Below, one piece after another: positions 36,034 through 36,584 of a stretch of 36,584 nt of DNA (positions are counted from its first letter, which is position 1; every line of letters starts with the position of its first letter). A program made the position numbers and the translations under genes. Source of the DNA: Octopus bimaculoides (Eukaryota); NCBI RefSeq assembly GCF_001194135.2, contig NC_068991.1:52716072-52752655 (forward strand), written 5' to 3'. The notes under the pieces were generated by a model. That model worked only from the letters and a program-made list of their open reading frames with translations, was not told where the DNA came from and searched no databases.

Positions 36034-36584
36034 ACAGGCAAAGAACACAGGTACAAGTTTTTCTGGGCAGGGAACACTGACGGAGTCGGGGGCGTAGGAA
36101 TACTTCTAGCAGAGAAATGGGTTGATAAGGTAATCGAGGTAGTTAGAGTATGTGACAGAGTACTTAAGATTAGACTAGTGCTTCATCATAGGCTAGCTAC
36201 TGTCATCTCAGCCTATGGCCCTCAACTGGGGCTCCTGGATGGGCTGAAAGACCAATTCTATGACACCCTCTTGCAAACTACCTCGTCGACAAGAGACAGA
36301 GACCTTCTCTTTGTGGCTGGTGACTTCAATGGTCATGTCGGACGTCGTGCTGGAGGCTTCCATGGCATACATGGAGGCTATGGCTTCGGTTCCCGCAACG
36401 AGGAGGGAACCAGACTGCTGGAGTTCTGTGATGCAACCGATCTTATGGTTTGCAATACCAACTTCAGGAAACCTGCCTATCACCTAGTCACCTACCAATC
36501 CGGCAGACACTCTAGCCAAATCGACTACATCCTCGCCAGAACTAGAGAAAGAGGGAGGCTTATAAATGCCAAAACCCTCCCTGG
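36034..36584 (+). mobile_element. RTE LINE apurinic endonuclease with an uninterrupted frame running off the window end
   Basis: About 183 codons without a stop: GVGILLAEKW, VISAYGPQ, VAGDFNGHVG, GYGFGSRNEEGTRLLEFC, CNTNF.K, SQIDYIL. Confidence 0.92.

Noticed and set aside
29795-36097. Long X-rich ORFs across the gaps at 29897-30375, 33015-33191 and 35257-36032 (also 16598-16832)
   Set aside because: They are open only because Ns contain no stop codons.

Overview
AT-rich, microsatellite- and transposon-dense eukaryotic genomic DNA with five assembly gaps. It is most likely cephalopod/Octopus, inferred from repeat families and composition rather than proven. The main feature is a + strand, multi-exon type I membrane receptor gene that the ORF track misses. 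Seven phase-compatible GT-AG exons (6489-6617, 9840-9952, 12966-13083, 15910-16073, 17059-17118, 20149-20251, 23631-23795) encode two FnIII-like domains with IL-17-receptor-family motifs, a Ser/Thr stalk and one TM helix. A candidate next exon (28672-28733) gives only a ~20-aa tail then a stop, and no SEFIR domain is visible in the window. The introns and flanks hold Gypsy LTR relics, RTE LINE fragments (one with an open endonuclease frame), Penelope-like GIY-YIG relics, a dead DD37D maT transposase, tRNA-derived SINEs, a hAT MITE and a Helitron/Helentron-like element. RNA-level features of note are two candidate minimal hammerhead ribozymes (one a U3-A8 core variant), a 63-bp fold-back hairpin and further inverted repeats in the pre-mRNA sense. 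No prokaryotic features or CRISPR arrays are present.
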